Made by a program: the position numbers and the translations under genes. A DNA stretch of 64,000 nucleotides from an uncultured virus (IMG/VR IMGVR_UViG_3300010148_000009) (Duplodnaviria; Heunggongvirae; Uroviricota; Caudoviricetes), in the IMG/VR virus record IMGVR_UViG_3300010148_000009; one strand, written 5' to 3'. This document shows positions 20,122 through 31,012 of this stretch, piece after piece (position 1 is the stretch's first letter; every line of letters begins with the position of its first letter). The notes beneath the pieces were generated by a model. That model worked only from the letters and a program-made list of their open reading frames with translations. It searched no databases and was not told the origin of the DNA.

Positions 20122-20146
20122 CATTGTTTTTAAAATATAGTATTAT
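20118..20146 (+). promoter_or_regulatory. sigma70-type promoter, leaderless (ATG 20153)
   Basis: TTGACA-17-TATTAT-6-ATG. Confidence 0.8.
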
Positions 20147-20152
20147 ATAACA

Positions 20153-21022
20153 ATGCCTAGAGGTAGACCTAAAAAAAATTCTAACTCAGAAACAACTTCT
20201 GAGAACTCAACCACTGTATCAACAATAAATTCAGAAGGAAAAATAATGAAAAACGAAAATATTATAGATAATAACTTTGGCCCATCTTTATTTCAAAGAG
20301 ATGAACACGGTTTGTTAAAAAATGTTCAATACGTTTTCGATGAAGGCGGTTCAATTAATTGGAGGGCTATGGTTAAAGAAGAGCACTTATTTCCCAATAA
20401 ATCTCATTTTGAAAGATTTAATAAACCTCTACCCAGATCCATTGAAGGTCTAAAAGACCATCAATTATTAATAAAGCTCTCTGGCATTAAAGAGTTAGCT
20501 AGGCTTAGGGGCTTCGACTCCGTTCATTATGATATGGTAAAATGCGAAGAAAATCATGTCGCCGTAAAATGCGGAATATCATTTATATCCAACTACGAAA
20601 CAGGCGAAAGGGTTCTTTATGAAGATATGGCTAATGCTACAATTAATAATTGCAGTAGTTTTGCCGTAAAATTTTTAGAAACCATTGCTTGTAATAGAGC
20701 CTTCGTTAGAGCTGTAAGAAATTTCTTAAATATTCATATTGTTGGCTTAGATGAGATGGATACTTCAGATCCTTCTTCTCCCCATAAATCTACAAATTCC
20801 ACGAATTCTTCCACTTCATTTTCTATACATTCTACTTTAGAAAAGAACGCAAAAGAATATGCTAATTGTTCTAATTTTGAATGCTTTAAAGATTATCTAC
20901 TAGAGTTAAAAAACTCTAATGCTTATATAAATTCTGAAGCTGAATCTTGGAATGATTATCTAGATATACCTTCTAAAGAAGCTAGAATTCTTTTAAAATT
21001 ATTAAAAGATCAATTCGCTTAA
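20153..21022 (+). CDS. Putative Rad52/RecT-fold single-strand annealing protein with N-terminal AT-hook
   Basis: IKLSGIKELA; ETIACNRAFVRAVRNFLNI..DEM resembles the annealing-protein core helix; MPRGRPKK. Confidence 0.5.
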   Translation: MPRGRPKKNSNSETTSENSTTVSTINSEGKIMKNENIIDNNFGPSLFQRDEHGLLKNVQYVFDEGGSINWRAMVKEEHLFPNKSHFERFNKPLPRSIEGLKDHQLLIKLSGIKELARLRGFDSVHYDMVKCEENHVAVKCGISFISNYETGERVLYEDMANATINNCSSFAVKFLETIACNRAFVRAVRNFLNIHIVGLDEMDTSDPSSPHKSTNSTNSSTSFSIHSTLEKNAKEYANCSNFECFKDYLLELKNSNAYINSEAESWNDYLDIPSKEARILLKLLKDQFA

Positions 21023-21372
21023 ATATATTTCTTTATAAGAAAATATATCAAAACTGGATAAGTAAAAAAAGAAACTACTGGCAAATAAACTGGCCCATTA
21101 AAGTAGTAACATAATATTCCAGAAAATATTCCCCCGACCCAATGGGCGTAACAAATTGGGCATGTTAAAAGTTCACCTAATATTCCCCAGTTTTTATATA
21201 CGTAATCATCAAAATCTGCTGGGGTATATAGCATTACATTTTTTCTTCTTGCAAATGTCCATATTTTTAACCATTTAACTTTTAAAGTTGTGGTTTGCCA
21301 AATGAAAATCCAATTTAAAGAAGCTAAAAATCCGAAGATATATAGTTCTAATATTTCTTTTGTTATATCCAC
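21019..21372 (-). CDS. DUF1360-like membrane protein
   Basis: LGELLTCPICYAHWVG plus TM helices. Confidence 0.65.
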   Translation of the reverse strand: MDITKEILELYIFGFLASLNWIFIWQTTTLKVKWLKIWTFARRKNVMLYTPADFDDYVYKNWGILGELLTCPICYAHWVGGIFSGILCYYFNGPVYLPVVSFFTYPVLIYFLIKKYI

Positions 21373-21373
21373 T

Positions 21374-21619
21374 TTAATTTATTAGCTTTTCGTTTTTTCT
21401 ATGATCTTCCATCATTTGCTCTATTATATGGTCGTACTTTCTTTTAGCTGCATTCATCTTGCATGGAGTGCATCCAGGACCACCTACCTCAGATTTAAAA
21501 TTATCCCTAATGGATATTAATTTTTCTCTTATAGGGCTATCTATTAAATCTTGGTTTAAATCAAAAAAATTTTGTTTAATTTTGTGAGTTTCCATATATA
21601 ATATATTATTTAAATTCAT
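21374..21619 (-). CDS. Small CxxC protein
   Basis: GCTPCKMN. Confidence 0.6.
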   Translation of the reverse strand: MNLNNILYMETHKIKQNFFDLNQDLIDSPIREKLISIRDNFKSEVGGPGCTPCKMNAAKRKYDHIIEQMMEDHRKNEKLIN

Positions 21620-21626
21620 TAATAAA

Positions 21627-23252
21627 TCAAGTAATTGTTATTATTCCTGAAAAGGATTCAAATCCTCTAACTAAACCTATAAAATTCATTGGGTTTTCGC
21701 TTTGTATTACTGGGTTATACACCCCTGGTCCAGCTCCATTAGCTACGTACTGTATTGAATCAATTGCATAAATTTTATTTCCTTTTCCAGTCATTTTTCC
21801 AATTGATAAAGAATATTCAGCATTAATATCTGATTCTCTAAAATAATCACAAGATATTTTTTTATATAAACCATAATTATATGATCTTAATACCCCACTT
21901 CCTTTATCAAAAGATGCGAATCCACCTTGGTACATACCCACTACAATACATTCCTCTGTAATTTGTATTGAGCTGGGAAATATTCCAATAGTTTCTTTGG
22001 TTTTATAAAAACTACCAATAATTGGGCATACCTTCGTTATAAACCTTTGAGTTGGATTAAGCACACTATCTATAGCAACAGTTCTTATTGCTGGATAAAA
22101 TGAGAATGTATTAAAATCAAAACATTGAGCTGGAACGTTATCGCAAGCCTCAACCTTATCCTGTATAGATACTGTAGGGTCACCACTATTTTGCATGATC
22201 TGTATCCACGGACTTCCATCTCGTATTATTCCATACGAAGTATCTACCCAGTAAGGCACCCCATTGTCCACATCAATATCAGTAATCGACCCATTGTTGG
22301 TTTTATATATCATACTGCTACTCAATGTTGATGCGTTAATTTTGTGTACACTTCCATATGCAGAAAGACCTACACCCGAATCTTCTCTCCTTCCAGTAGC
22401 GACATAAACACTATCACCACCAGCACTTATTGAATTAACATTCTCAGATCCTAAAGGAATTATTCCTTCTAAAGAGCTATTAACTTCATTTAGTTCTGAT
22501 GAAAATAATTTACTATAATTATATACGATAACTCCATTTGAATAGTAATTTTTATTTGAATCAAATACGTCAAAACCACCATTGTATTCTGGTTGGAATT
22601 TAGTTTGTAGAAAATTATTACTGTATAAAAACTTAGGCTTATCCCACCCAGTTGTTCCCACATATAACTTTCCAGAATAAACTTTTACATTGTTAACTAT
22701 GATATTTTCATTTCCAGAAATTAATGTATCATATTCTCCCGTTGTTAAATCTGCATACATTACCCCCCCAGTTCCCATAGCTCCAATTAAAATATTTCCA
22801 ACTAAGCAAACTCCATAGCACCCTAAAAATTGTTTAAACTCAAATCCATATCTAGCCCCCAAAGCATCTCCCCTATAAAATTCCCCATAAGATAAGCTGG
22901 CTCCATAAAATTTATTCGACGATTGTTGACTGGTTTGCCCCTCAATGGCTCCGCTAAAATATACCTCATTAGTATTTCCTATAACAAACTCTCCATTATT
23001 GTCAGCCCTAAATATAGTCGCACCCCTATCACCCATTGCCACAGCTAGATATTTACTATTTGAGTCTATGTCGTATATGTAATTACCAACAGCCCCTCGG
23101 CTTGCTGTTAAAACAGCTGATGATGTAGCTTTTCTTTGTGATAGTCCTGGTAAATCAAAATAATTATTATCTAAAGAGCTTTCCCCAAAATAACTTTTTA
23201 TTAAAGATGGGCAGCCAATAATGGAACTATTACAACAATTACCTAACCCCAT
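21627..23252 (-). CDS. Putative tail-tip/baseplate protein, possibly beta-propeller
   Basis: Repeated Y-V/L-A/G-T/M-G blade-like motifs; position in the tail module. Confidence 0.55.
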   Translation of the reverse strand: MGLGNCCNSSIIGCPSLIKSYFGESSLDNNYFDLPGLSQRKATSSAVLTASRGAVGNYIYDIDSNSKYLAVAMGDRGATIFRADNNGEFVIGNTNEVYFSGAIEGQTSQQSSNKFYGASLSYGEFYRGDALGARYGFEFKQFLGCYGVCLVGNILIGAMGTGGVMYADLTTGEYDTLISGNENIIVNNVKVYSGKLYVGTTGWDKPKFLYSNNFLQTKFQPEYNGGFDVFDSNKNYYSNGVIVYNYSKLFSSELNEVNSSLEGIIPLGSENVNSISAGGDSVYVATGRREDSGVGLSAYGSVHKINASTLSSSMIYKTNNGSITDIDVDNGVPYWVDTSYGIIRDGSPWIQIMQNSGDPTVSIQDKVEACDNVPAQCFDFNTFSFYPAIRTVAIDSVLNPTQRFITKVCPIIGSFYKTKETIGIFPSSIQITEECIVVGMYQGGFASFDKGSGVLRSYNYGLYKKISCDYFRESDINAEYSLSIGKMTGKGNKIYAIDSIQYVANGAGPGVYNPVIQSENPMNFIGLVRGFESFSGIITIT

Positions 23253-23256
23253 TTAA

Positions 23257-23532
23257 TTAAAATGGTTGAGAAGCTAAAACTAATATTTTTTGCTCATTCC
23301 CATCTTTGTCGCAATAATCTAATAGCCTTAGCTTTATTATTAACTCCCCAGGATCGCCATCATTCTCACCCGCAACTGCTGAAGATTCAATTTCAAATTT
23401 AACTTTATAAGATGTAGGCTGTCCGCTACTATCTACAATATTAATATTCTTAAATGTATCTTTTATACTAGCAGAACACTCTTCGAAAGCATTAAAATCA
23501 ATTCCGTATACATCGTTTCCTATTATTCCCAT
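23257..23532 (-). CDS. Small tail-module protein
   Basis: 91-aa ORF in operon. Confidence 0.65.
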   Translation of the reverse strand: MGIIGNDVYGIDFNAFEECSASIKDTFKNINIVDSSGQPTSYKVKFEIESSAVAGENDGDPGELIIKLRLLDYCDKDGNEQKILVLASQPF

Positions 23533-23536
23533 AATT

Positions 23537-26050
23537 TTATCCTATTAAATTTTGTAATTTTACATCAGCTGCAGCTAATCCCTTAAAATCTGGAATTATG
23601 ACTTTTTTAGAAAAAGTGTAAGAAGCCCTCAACTTACCTGCATTTATTGTAATGCTTAAATTTTCTAAATCTTCTAAGCTTCCAGCGTATAATGAGTTTA
23701 TTAAAGTAAAAGATACCTTATCTAAGCTTTCAATTTCTCCTCCGCAATTAGCTTCTGATATAGTTTCGAAAGCGGAGCTTTCAATTCTTCCATCATCTGT
23801 TAAGTATTGCACTGAAGAGTTTGTTGGTATACTGTTGCCCTGATTATCAATTCTATCTATGTCATGAACAGCTATATCAACATTAAAACTATAAAAATTT
23901 CTATTAAATAAGCTTCCAGCTTCATCACATGCTGTTTCAGCTGGTATTCTTTGTCTTTGTTGTGCTATTCTTATTGGATTTATATTTTCAGTTTGAGTTG
24001 CTTCTGTTGCGTTTGCTCCATAAGAAGTTGGTAATCCATTACTATCGGCAATAGATGAAGACAATCCAAAGTCAGGATTATCCTCAAATCCAAAAAATGC
24101 TACTCTCGAAGTTGCTCTTTCTCTTTCTTCTCCTGGATCTACCACTTTTTCATTTAAATAATCCTGTATCTCGCCAAATCTATACTCAACTAAATCTTCA
24201 AAGTCTCTGTTATATGCGGCTATGTTAAGTTGGCCTGTAGGCATTCCAATTCTACCCGTGCTCGAAGTTTGAAGGTATAATGATGAATTTCTAATATTCA
24301 TAGAAATTCCAGAGGGTACAAAACTTTCTCCTCTGTCTATAACAACTAATCCATAGGGAACCTCATACCCACCGCTTTGAGCCCTTTGACCGATTATACC
24401 ACCTGCGCTGAATGGAAACTCCCTGAAAAAATCAAAAACTGTACCGAATGCGTGTTCGTTATCCAATCCATATAACGCATCTTTAAATACAGTTTCTGCT
24501 ACTATCTCATTAAACCCCACAAAAGTAACTTCCCCGCCAGTTGGAGAAAACCAATTTTTAGTCCCTGTTGGTAAAGTTTGGGTTCCAAAATTTTCAAAAC
24601 CTTCGGAGTCCTGGTACAACTGAGGGATAACATAACCATCTCCATTTCTAGTAAAATCTTTTCCTCCATTCGCACCATCCAAGACTGAAAATCTTCCAAG
24701 ATTTCTAAAATACGCTGAATGTAGCCCCTCAGCTCCAACTTTCATCAAATTTTCAAAATCATAAGCATTTCTTCCTGTCAACGATTGATAGGCTTCATAC
24801 AAAGGATCATAATCACTAAAAAGCTGATCATTCCCATATTCATAAAAAGTATATTTGCTTTTTGGTGCTATTGTTTCATCAATTGTAAGTCGATCAACTA
24901 TATTTTGTTTTATTATGTCAAATCCAGTCAGGTACTTCAGTAGTATCTTCCCCTTCCCATAAGTTTCTAACGCGTCCCTATCACCCATCGCCGCTGTTAC
25001 AAAAGCGTAATCAGTAAGAGTTGGATAGTTGTTCGAATTTAAACCAAAAAAAGCTTTTGTATCTAAATTATCTGCTATGTAATTAGCGGATCTATAAGTT
25101 CCCTCTATCGCCATGTAATTATTATTAGTTGTTATCGAAGTTATTACGTTACCAGCTTTATCATCTCTAAAATACCTACCAGGAACTTCAACAAATTTTT
25201 TAGCGCTAGCTGAATATCCAGAAGTGTAGTCAGTTTGAACAGAAGAGGATACAGCTTCATCAGGGATAGTTACATTCAATTCGCTGGCACTACCATAATT
25301 ATTTGTTAAACGTACAAGATCATGCTTAACCCCATTTGCGCTATAAACATACCCATACATTGAAGCAATACTGTTAACAACTGAATACTGAGTTCCAGTA
25401 TTATTTAGAAGTAATGCTGGGTTAACTGGACCCGTACTCAGCTGGATTTCATTAAATAATTTTCCCGCAGTATAATATATACTTCCAAATTCAACATTTG
25501 GATCAGGTAAACCTTTAACAAATTGATCTAATAAAGTTTCTTTCGATATATTAAATGGCCTTTCAGCTATATCCCACTTCGGCACACCCCCAACTATATT
25601 ACTACTTATGTAAGTGTTTCCAGAGTTTAAATTTGCATAGTATTTTTTTAAAGTTTTGTATTCCATTAAAAAGTTTGCATCAGGGCCAGTTTCAGATCCC
25701 ACTTTTACCCCTGTAACACTAAAATACTCGTCGCCCAATTCAATATCTCCATGTACTTTATGTTTTAATCCAATATGAGTATTATTAGCTTTTCTCCAAA
25801 TACTATCCATCATTTTAATTTTGGTTATTATTCCAGATGAAGACTTTGATCGCGTTTCAGATACAACTACCCAATCAGTTGAAAGGGGAATTCCGTAGTC
25901 ATTTAATCTAGAAATTATACCTTCAGCGTTAAATGATCCAGAGTCAAGCATTTCTACTTCTAAAGTAGGCCCAGTAAATCCTCCCATATTTATATTAAGA
26001 GATATAAATTCATTACAAAATTTATCTATATTTTTATTTATGCAACTCAT
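23537..26050 (-). CDS. Putative tail-tip/hub protein
   Basis: 837 aa; downstream of the tape measure gene; assigned by synteny only. Confidence 0.55.
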   Translation of the reverse strand: MSCINKNIDKFCNEFISLNINMGGFTGPTLEVEMLDSGSFNAEGIISRLNDYGIPLSTDWVVVSETRSKSSSGIITKIKMMDSIWRKANNTHIGLKHKVHGDIELGDEYFSVTGVKVGSETGPDANFLMEYKTLKKYYANLNSGNTYISSNIVGGVPKWDIAERPFNISKETLLDQFVKGLPDPNVEFGSIYYTAGKLFNEIQLSTGPVNPALLLNNTGTQYSVVNSIASMYGYVYSANGVKHDLVRLTNNYGSASELNVTIPDEAVSSSVQTDYTSGYSASAKKFVEVPGRYFRDDKAGNVITSITTNNNYMAIEGTYRSANYIADNLDTKAFFGLNSNNYPTLTDYAFVTAAMGDRDALETYGKGKILLKYLTGFDIIKQNIVDRLTIDETIAPKSKYTFYEYGNDQLFSDYDPLYEAYQSLTGRNAYDFENLMKVGAEGLHSAYFRNLGRFSVLDGANGGKDFTRNGDGYVIPQLYQDSEGFENFGTQTLPTGTKNWFSPTGGEVTFVGFNEIVAETVFKDALYGLDNEHAFGTVFDFFREFPFSAGGIIGQRAQSGGYEVPYGLVVIDRGESFVPSGISMNIRNSSLYLQTSSTGRIGMPTGQLNIAAYNRDFEDLVEYRFGEIQDYLNEKVVDPGEERERATSRVAFFGFEDNPDFGLSSSIADSNGLPTSYGANATEATQTENINPIRIAQQRQRIPAETACDEAGSLFNRNFYSFNVDIAVHDIDRIDNQGNSIPTNSSVQYLTDDGRIESSAFETISEANCGGEIESLDKVSFTLINSLYAGSLEDLENLSITINAGKLRASYTFSKKVIIPDFKGLAAADVKLQNLIG

Positions 26051-27702
26051 AATTCATAATAATTTCTAACTTCTGCGTAAACTGCCCTATTCGAATTTTT
26101 AGAATAGTTTGTATTCTTACTTGAAGTTACACTAGAATATCCTAAAAATATGTCTCCAGACAACTCATTAAATTTTTCTTCAGCTTTATTTTTTAGTAAA
26201 TTAATTGCTGTCTCCCTATCACTACTTTCATTTCCAGTAAAATTTTCATAAACTCCAGAAACTGAAACAGATATTAGTCCGCTATTAAATCCTGACCTAG
26301 TAACTACAAATTTGTTCATTGCTCCGCCAAAATTTTGATCGACAGAATATCTTGGGCTCGGCAATTTTACTTGAGAATTTAAACTAAAATCTCTAAAATT
26401 TTCAATTTTTTCTCTATTTGTATACTGATATTCAAATCTTATTATTCCAGCTCTTTTGTTTTCAGTTATATTTTCTAATTCTGGGTATGTATATAAAGTT
26501 GTTCCTGGAAAAGTTTTGCTTATTTCGTTTTGAGCTTCTTCATTTATCCAGCTAGAATATAATGAACTATTGTATGAAGTATTGTAAAAGGCATCGCTCA
26601 CTAATTCCCATCTTTTTCCCGCTAATCCTCTGGCTTCAATCGTGCCACTAGTAGATATTTCAACCATACCTCCTGATTCAATTATAGAATGATTTATTTT
26701 TTTTGAAATACCACACGAGTCAAAATTATCATCATCGTCAAAACTTAAATTAAAATCTATACTTTTGCTTTCCTCATTTTCTGTTATGCTTGCTGATAAT
26801 GGATATTTAATTAAATTTGTTATATTTAATTTCTGTTGAATTTCTTGATGAAAATCAATTTCTTTAAATCTATTTCTAACTTCAGAAAAAGAACTGTTTT
26901 TACCAAATCTTAAGTTTCCATTTATTGTCGCCACAACAACTGAATTAAAACTTTTTTCCTTACTTATTGTATACCTTAAAACTCCTTGATTTAACCCAGT
27001 ATTATCTTTATCAGCTATATAAACCTCTTCTAGAGTGAAAGAGTTTTTAATTCTGTCTATAGATTCTGAAGTGCTTATTAAATTAATTTTTATATCAGGA
27101 TCTTCTGTAGGTAAGACTACATTTGTTTCGCCAGAAAATGATTTTACAAAATCTATTGCGTTATCTAATCCTGATGATATTGAACTGGTGTTTTTTGAAA
27201 TTAAGTTTCCATCTTGTAAATTTTCTCCTGTCGCTGATATATTTCTTTTTATCGTATATATTCCGTTCTCAGATAAACTTATTGATGTTTCATTTGTTGG
27301 GCTTGAAATTCCAAAAAATTCATTATGTATTGACTCATCATAACATTCAATTGATATGCTGTAGGGAATAATTTTGACATAATCAGAATCTCCAAAATCA
27401 ACATTTAAAATTTTACAAAAATCTCTTTGAAATATTGAAGTTGAATTCTCTTTGATTTCTATACTTTTAAAATCTACTGAAAAAAAGTTTAATAAACTAT
27501 CTCTTAAAGTATTTAACTCTGAAAAGTAATCACAATCAGTTGGGGAATTTTCTAAATGAATCTGCCCAGTTAATTGTAAATTTTCTTTTACTCCGACTTT
27601 ATCTCCAAAAACTATACTTGTGGTAGATCTAGAAACCTCAGGGGTTGCTAAATTATTCTGAGAAAAGAAATCTGTATTATTGTAAAATATGTTAACGCTC
27701 AT
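26047..27702 (-). CDS. Putative distal tail protein
   Basis: 551 aa, beta-rich; repeat pattern similar to the neighbouring 1090-aa protein. Confidence 0.55.
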   Translation of the reverse strand: MSVNIFYNNTDFFSQNNLATPEVSRSTTSIVFGDKVGVKENLQLTGQIHLENSPTDCDYFSELNTLRDSLLNFFSVDFKSIEIKENSTSIFQRDFCKILNVDFGDSDYVKIIPYSISIECYDESIHNEFFGISSPTNETSISLSENGIYTIKRNISATGENLQDGNLISKNTSSISSGLDNAIDFVKSFSGETNVVLPTEDPDIKINLISTSESIDRIKNSFTLEEVYIADKDNTGLNQGVLRYTISKEKSFNSVVVATINGNLRFGKNSSFSEVRNRFKEIDFHQEIQQKLNITNLIKYPLSASITENEESKSIDFNLSFDDDDNFDSCGISKKINHSIIESGGMVEISTSGTIEARGLAGKRWELVSDAFYNTSYNSSLYSSWINEEAQNEISKTFPGTTLYTYPELENITENKRAGIIRFEYQYTNREKIENFRDFSLNSQVKLPSPRYSVDQNFGGAMNKFVVTRSGFNSGLISVSVSGVYENFTGNESSDRETAINLLKNKAEEKFNELSGDIFLGYSSVTSSKNTNYSKNSNRAVYAEVRNYYEL

Positions 27703-30700
27703 AATTCTTGTTTAATGTAAAAAGAAATTAATCTTCTATTAAAACTTAATTCGGTACATTCATCTATTACTTCATCACTTCTATAATTTAAAATTGTTCC
27801 TGTTGATGTAAATGTTGATGTTGGGGTTGCAACTATTTGGTCATTAAAAGATTTTAATCCATTACACTCCTTTATACCTACAACCGAAAAATCTTTAGTT
27901 GTTGTGGGTGTATAAAATTCTCCAATTGAATCCGAAGAGCTTCTTGGTATCTCTATTTCATTAATAGTATATCCTGGAGTAGCTACAGGAATAGTCGAAC
28001 TCTTAAACACTAATGGACCCGAAAATACCTCAGATCCATTATAGTATGGATGCAACGAATTATACTCATTTCTTTTACTGATTTTATCATTTAAATTTAT
28101 TGGTGATTGAGCGTCAGGGTTTCCATATTCAAATACTGAAATATTTCTGTATCCACCGATAAAATATGTGTTTGGATTATTATCTGGTATTAATTCATTA
28201 ATTGACCCAGTCCAAAAATCTGGTATATCTATTTCATAATGCGGATAAGGATTCAATCTGGCGTCTGCAGGTGGTGGTACTCCCTCTGGTATATCAAAAA
28301 TGAAGCTATAAAATCTTTGATCTCCCCCAAATGATGAGTTTGAGTATTCACAGTCTTTTGGAACAGTTGAACTTGCATAAGATGTGGATAGCTGCACTTC
28401 AAAAAATGAATCTACTGTTGAAGCTGTAAATGGTCCGCCGTATTGTGTAGTGCTATCTCCGCCATCAAAGCAAGTTCTCCCAGATTTTATTATGCCTTGC
28501 GGAACTAAATTTGCAATAGTTCCAGTATAGTTTTTAGGAATAAAAACCTCATGCGAGTAATATCCAGGAGAGAGGGTTGTAGTTGTAGTTTGTGTTTCTG
28601 GTACTAAAGTAAAAGTTTCAGTTTGCGATTGAGTTGTAGTTGTAGTGTTTGTTTCTGTATCAGTTGGTGGTGGTATGTATTCATATGGAGTATAAACTAC
28701 AGTTATTGGTTCTTGACCTGAATGATAGATTATAGATTCAGTTGGAGTTTCTACTGTATATTCTACCGTAAAAGGAGTTGGTGTTATTTCCCAACCTTCC
28801 CAAAGATCATAAATAGTTTCCGTAGGGGTTTCTTCTGGACATTCGCTTAAGTCTAATATAGACCTCGAATAAGAAAAAGAGTTTTTATCTTCTGAATGTT
28901 GAAAACTTTCTTCTGATATAAATTGATCAATGTTGGTTGGTGGAATAATATCGTCTGAACCTTCACCATAAAAAAGCCCTTTATCTCTCAATATATTTTT
29001 AGATAATGATAATAAATTATGTGCAGAAACCCCTTTATATCCTTCCACGTCAATATTGACACTTATTCCCCTTGCTGTTTTTAAATTTCTTAAAAATTGA
29101 GGACGTATTTTGCAATTTATATCAAATTCATTATATATCCTTATCGGATCATCTATACTTACATCAATTTCATATTTTTTTATTAATGGTGTTCCAGTTG
29201 AAGGATAAATTTGATAAGATCTTTGGGTAGAATATTTTAAAGTATAATTTATATTTCCCAAAGGTGGATCTTTATTAATACTTTTTTCGATAATATTAAA
29301 ATCTTCAGATAAAGAGTATCTTTGTTTTATATCTAGTAATCTAGAATCTGTATTTAATAATGTTTCGGATAGACCATTTTCTGCATTTAAATTTCTTTCA
29401 TTCTTATTGTTTCCGTCTCCAGATATTTGTCCCACTAAAGATACATCAAAATATCCATCAATGTAATTTATATTTTCAGTTTTTTGATGCCTATATATAT
29501 TATTTGAGGTATCTTTTATATAAGAAGGGTCATCAGTGAAACTTAATTCTAATGTAGCTGTACCTTCAAAGAAATTAAAATTTTTATTATTTGAAATTGG
29601 ATTTAAGAATAAATTTGCTGTTGCAGTTGTGGTCGGCGTTGCGCAGTTTTCAGGAAAATAAGAATTATAGTTACTTATATAATTTAAAGATCTTTCGTAA
29701 CCCCCATTTTCAACCTCATCTACCTTGTTTCTCAATCCAGATTCGCTCTTATCTAATAATGCTTTTATCGAAGATTCTTCACTGATTTCAATAAACCCTT
29801 CTCTCGATAAAACTAAACTAGAAACTTGAAATAATGAGTATTCATTTGAAGAATCTAATGGATTATGACTTATGCTTTTTGATACTGAGTATTCTAAATT
29901 GACTTCATTAAACGTCTCGTTTGTTGAAAAATTTTCAAATAAATTTAAATTTCTAAATTTTCCAGCGTGTTGACTTTCAATAATAGGATAGTTAGGCGAA
30001 TTAGATAATAAAAAATTTGATAGAGCCCTTGATTTTTCTATTGGCAGTTCGTCAGTTTTAAAAAGTTTAAAATTATCAAAAAATGTGTCCTGCGAGGAGT
30101 CAGCAGTCAAAATTATCGCAACTGATGTTGTAGATGAAACATCTAATTTTATTTTCTTTCTTCCAGATATAGTTCCAAGAGTTATTGAATTTCCCCCAAA
30201 ATCTACATCTGCAGTACCCCAGGTATTTGCATTTTGCCCAAGGTAATCGAAAAATAAAGTATAATTTTGAGTGCTTCCGTTAGCTTTTGGATTTAATACT
30301 ATCGAGTGTGTTGCTGTTGTTCCAGCAGAAACTTTAATTGATTTTTTACCTTTGTTTTTTAGGTTTACTAATTTTGATTGCTGTGTAGATGCGCCTGTCC
30401 AAATATCTTTCTTACTACTTATTAAAGACTTTCTATATTCAAAGGAACATGATATATCATGATTAATAGATATGAAATTATTTTCATCCACATCTAAATT
30501 GAAATTTTCACTAAAATTAGAAAGGTATTTTAAATCTTCATCTTCAAGACTAGATTGATCTAAATTTACTTGCGCTGAAGAAGCTGTACTTGTTGGAGTT
30601 AATTCATTCTGTGTTAAAATTATTTCTGATAAATTTCCAGCTTCGGTTATAACTATATTAGCCTGATATTGAGCTGTCTGTATTTGATCACCAGAAACAT

Positions 30701-30971
30701 CAAAATCCTCTACATATCCTTCTCCATAAGAAATATTATTTATTAAGATATCATCGAGTGGTTCATTAATAGATCCAAGACTATCAATGTTTACTTCTAT
30801 GAAGTTGTTAGTTTCTTTAAATATATTCTCAACACCACTATCATTAGTAAGATCTAATAAATTACCAGTAATTCTTACGTTTTTTTGTATTGCAAATTTA
30901 AAATCACTATCAAGTTTAATCGGTTCTTGTGAAATCGATAAAAGCGAAATGTTATTAAAATTTATAGCCAT
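27699..30971 (-). CDS. Putative tail protein with a Thr/Pro-rich linker
   Basis: 1090 aa, immediately after the tape measure gene; PPPTDTETNTTTTTQSQTET. Confidence 0.6.
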   Translation of the reverse strand: MAINFNNISLLSISQEPIKLDSDFKFAIQKNVRITGNLLDLTNDSGVENIFKETNNFIEVNIDSLGSINEPLDDILINNISYGEGYVEDFDVSGDQIQTAQYQANIVITEAGNLSEIILTQNELTPTSTASSAQVNLDQSSLEDEDLKYLSNFSENFNLDVDENNFISINHDISCSFEYRKSLISSKKDIWTGASTQQSKLVNLKNKGKKSIKVSAGTTATHSIVLNPKANGSTQNYTLFFDYLGQNANTWGTADVDFGGNSITLGTISGRKKIKLDVSSTTSVAIILTADSSQDTFFDNFKLFKTDELPIEKSRALSNFLLSNSPNYPIIESQHAGKFRNLNLFENFSTNETFNEVNLEYSVSKSISHNPLDSSNEYSLFQVSSLVLSREGFIEISEESSIKALLDKSESGLRNKVDEVENGGYERSLNYISNYNSYFPENCATPTTTATANLFLNPISNNKNFNFFEGTATLELSFTDDPSYIKDTSNNIYRHQKTENINYIDGYFDVSLVGQISGDGNNKNERNLNAENGLSETLLNTDSRLLDIKQRYSLSEDFNIIEKSINKDPPLGNINYTLKYSTQRSYQIYPSTGTPLIKKYEIDVSIDDPIRIYNEFDINCKIRPQFLRNLKTARGISVNIDVEGYKGVSAHNLLSLSKNILRDKGLFYGEGSDDIIPPTNIDQFISEESFQHSEDKNSFSYSRSILDLSECPEETPTETIYDLWEGWEITPTPFTVEYTVETPTESIIYHSGQEPITVVYTPYEYIPPPTDTETNTTTTTQSQTETFTLVPETQTTTTTLSPGYYSHEVFIPKNYTGTIANLVPQGIIKSGRTCFDGGDSTTQYGGPFTASTVDSFFEVQLSTSYASSTVPKDCEYSNSSFGGDQRFYSFIFDIPEGVPPPADARLNPYPHYEIDIPDFWTGSINELIPDNNPNTYFIGGYRNISVFEYGNPDAQSPINLNDKISKRNEYNSLHPYYNGSEVFSGPLVFKSSTIPVATPGYTINEIEIPRSSSDSIGEFYTPTTTKDFSVVGIKECNGLKSFNDQIVATPTSTFTSTGTILNYRSDEVIDECTELSFNRRLISFYIKQEL

Positions 30972-31012
30972 ACCATAATTATTATAAAATTTTTATTATA
31001 AAAGTAAAGTTA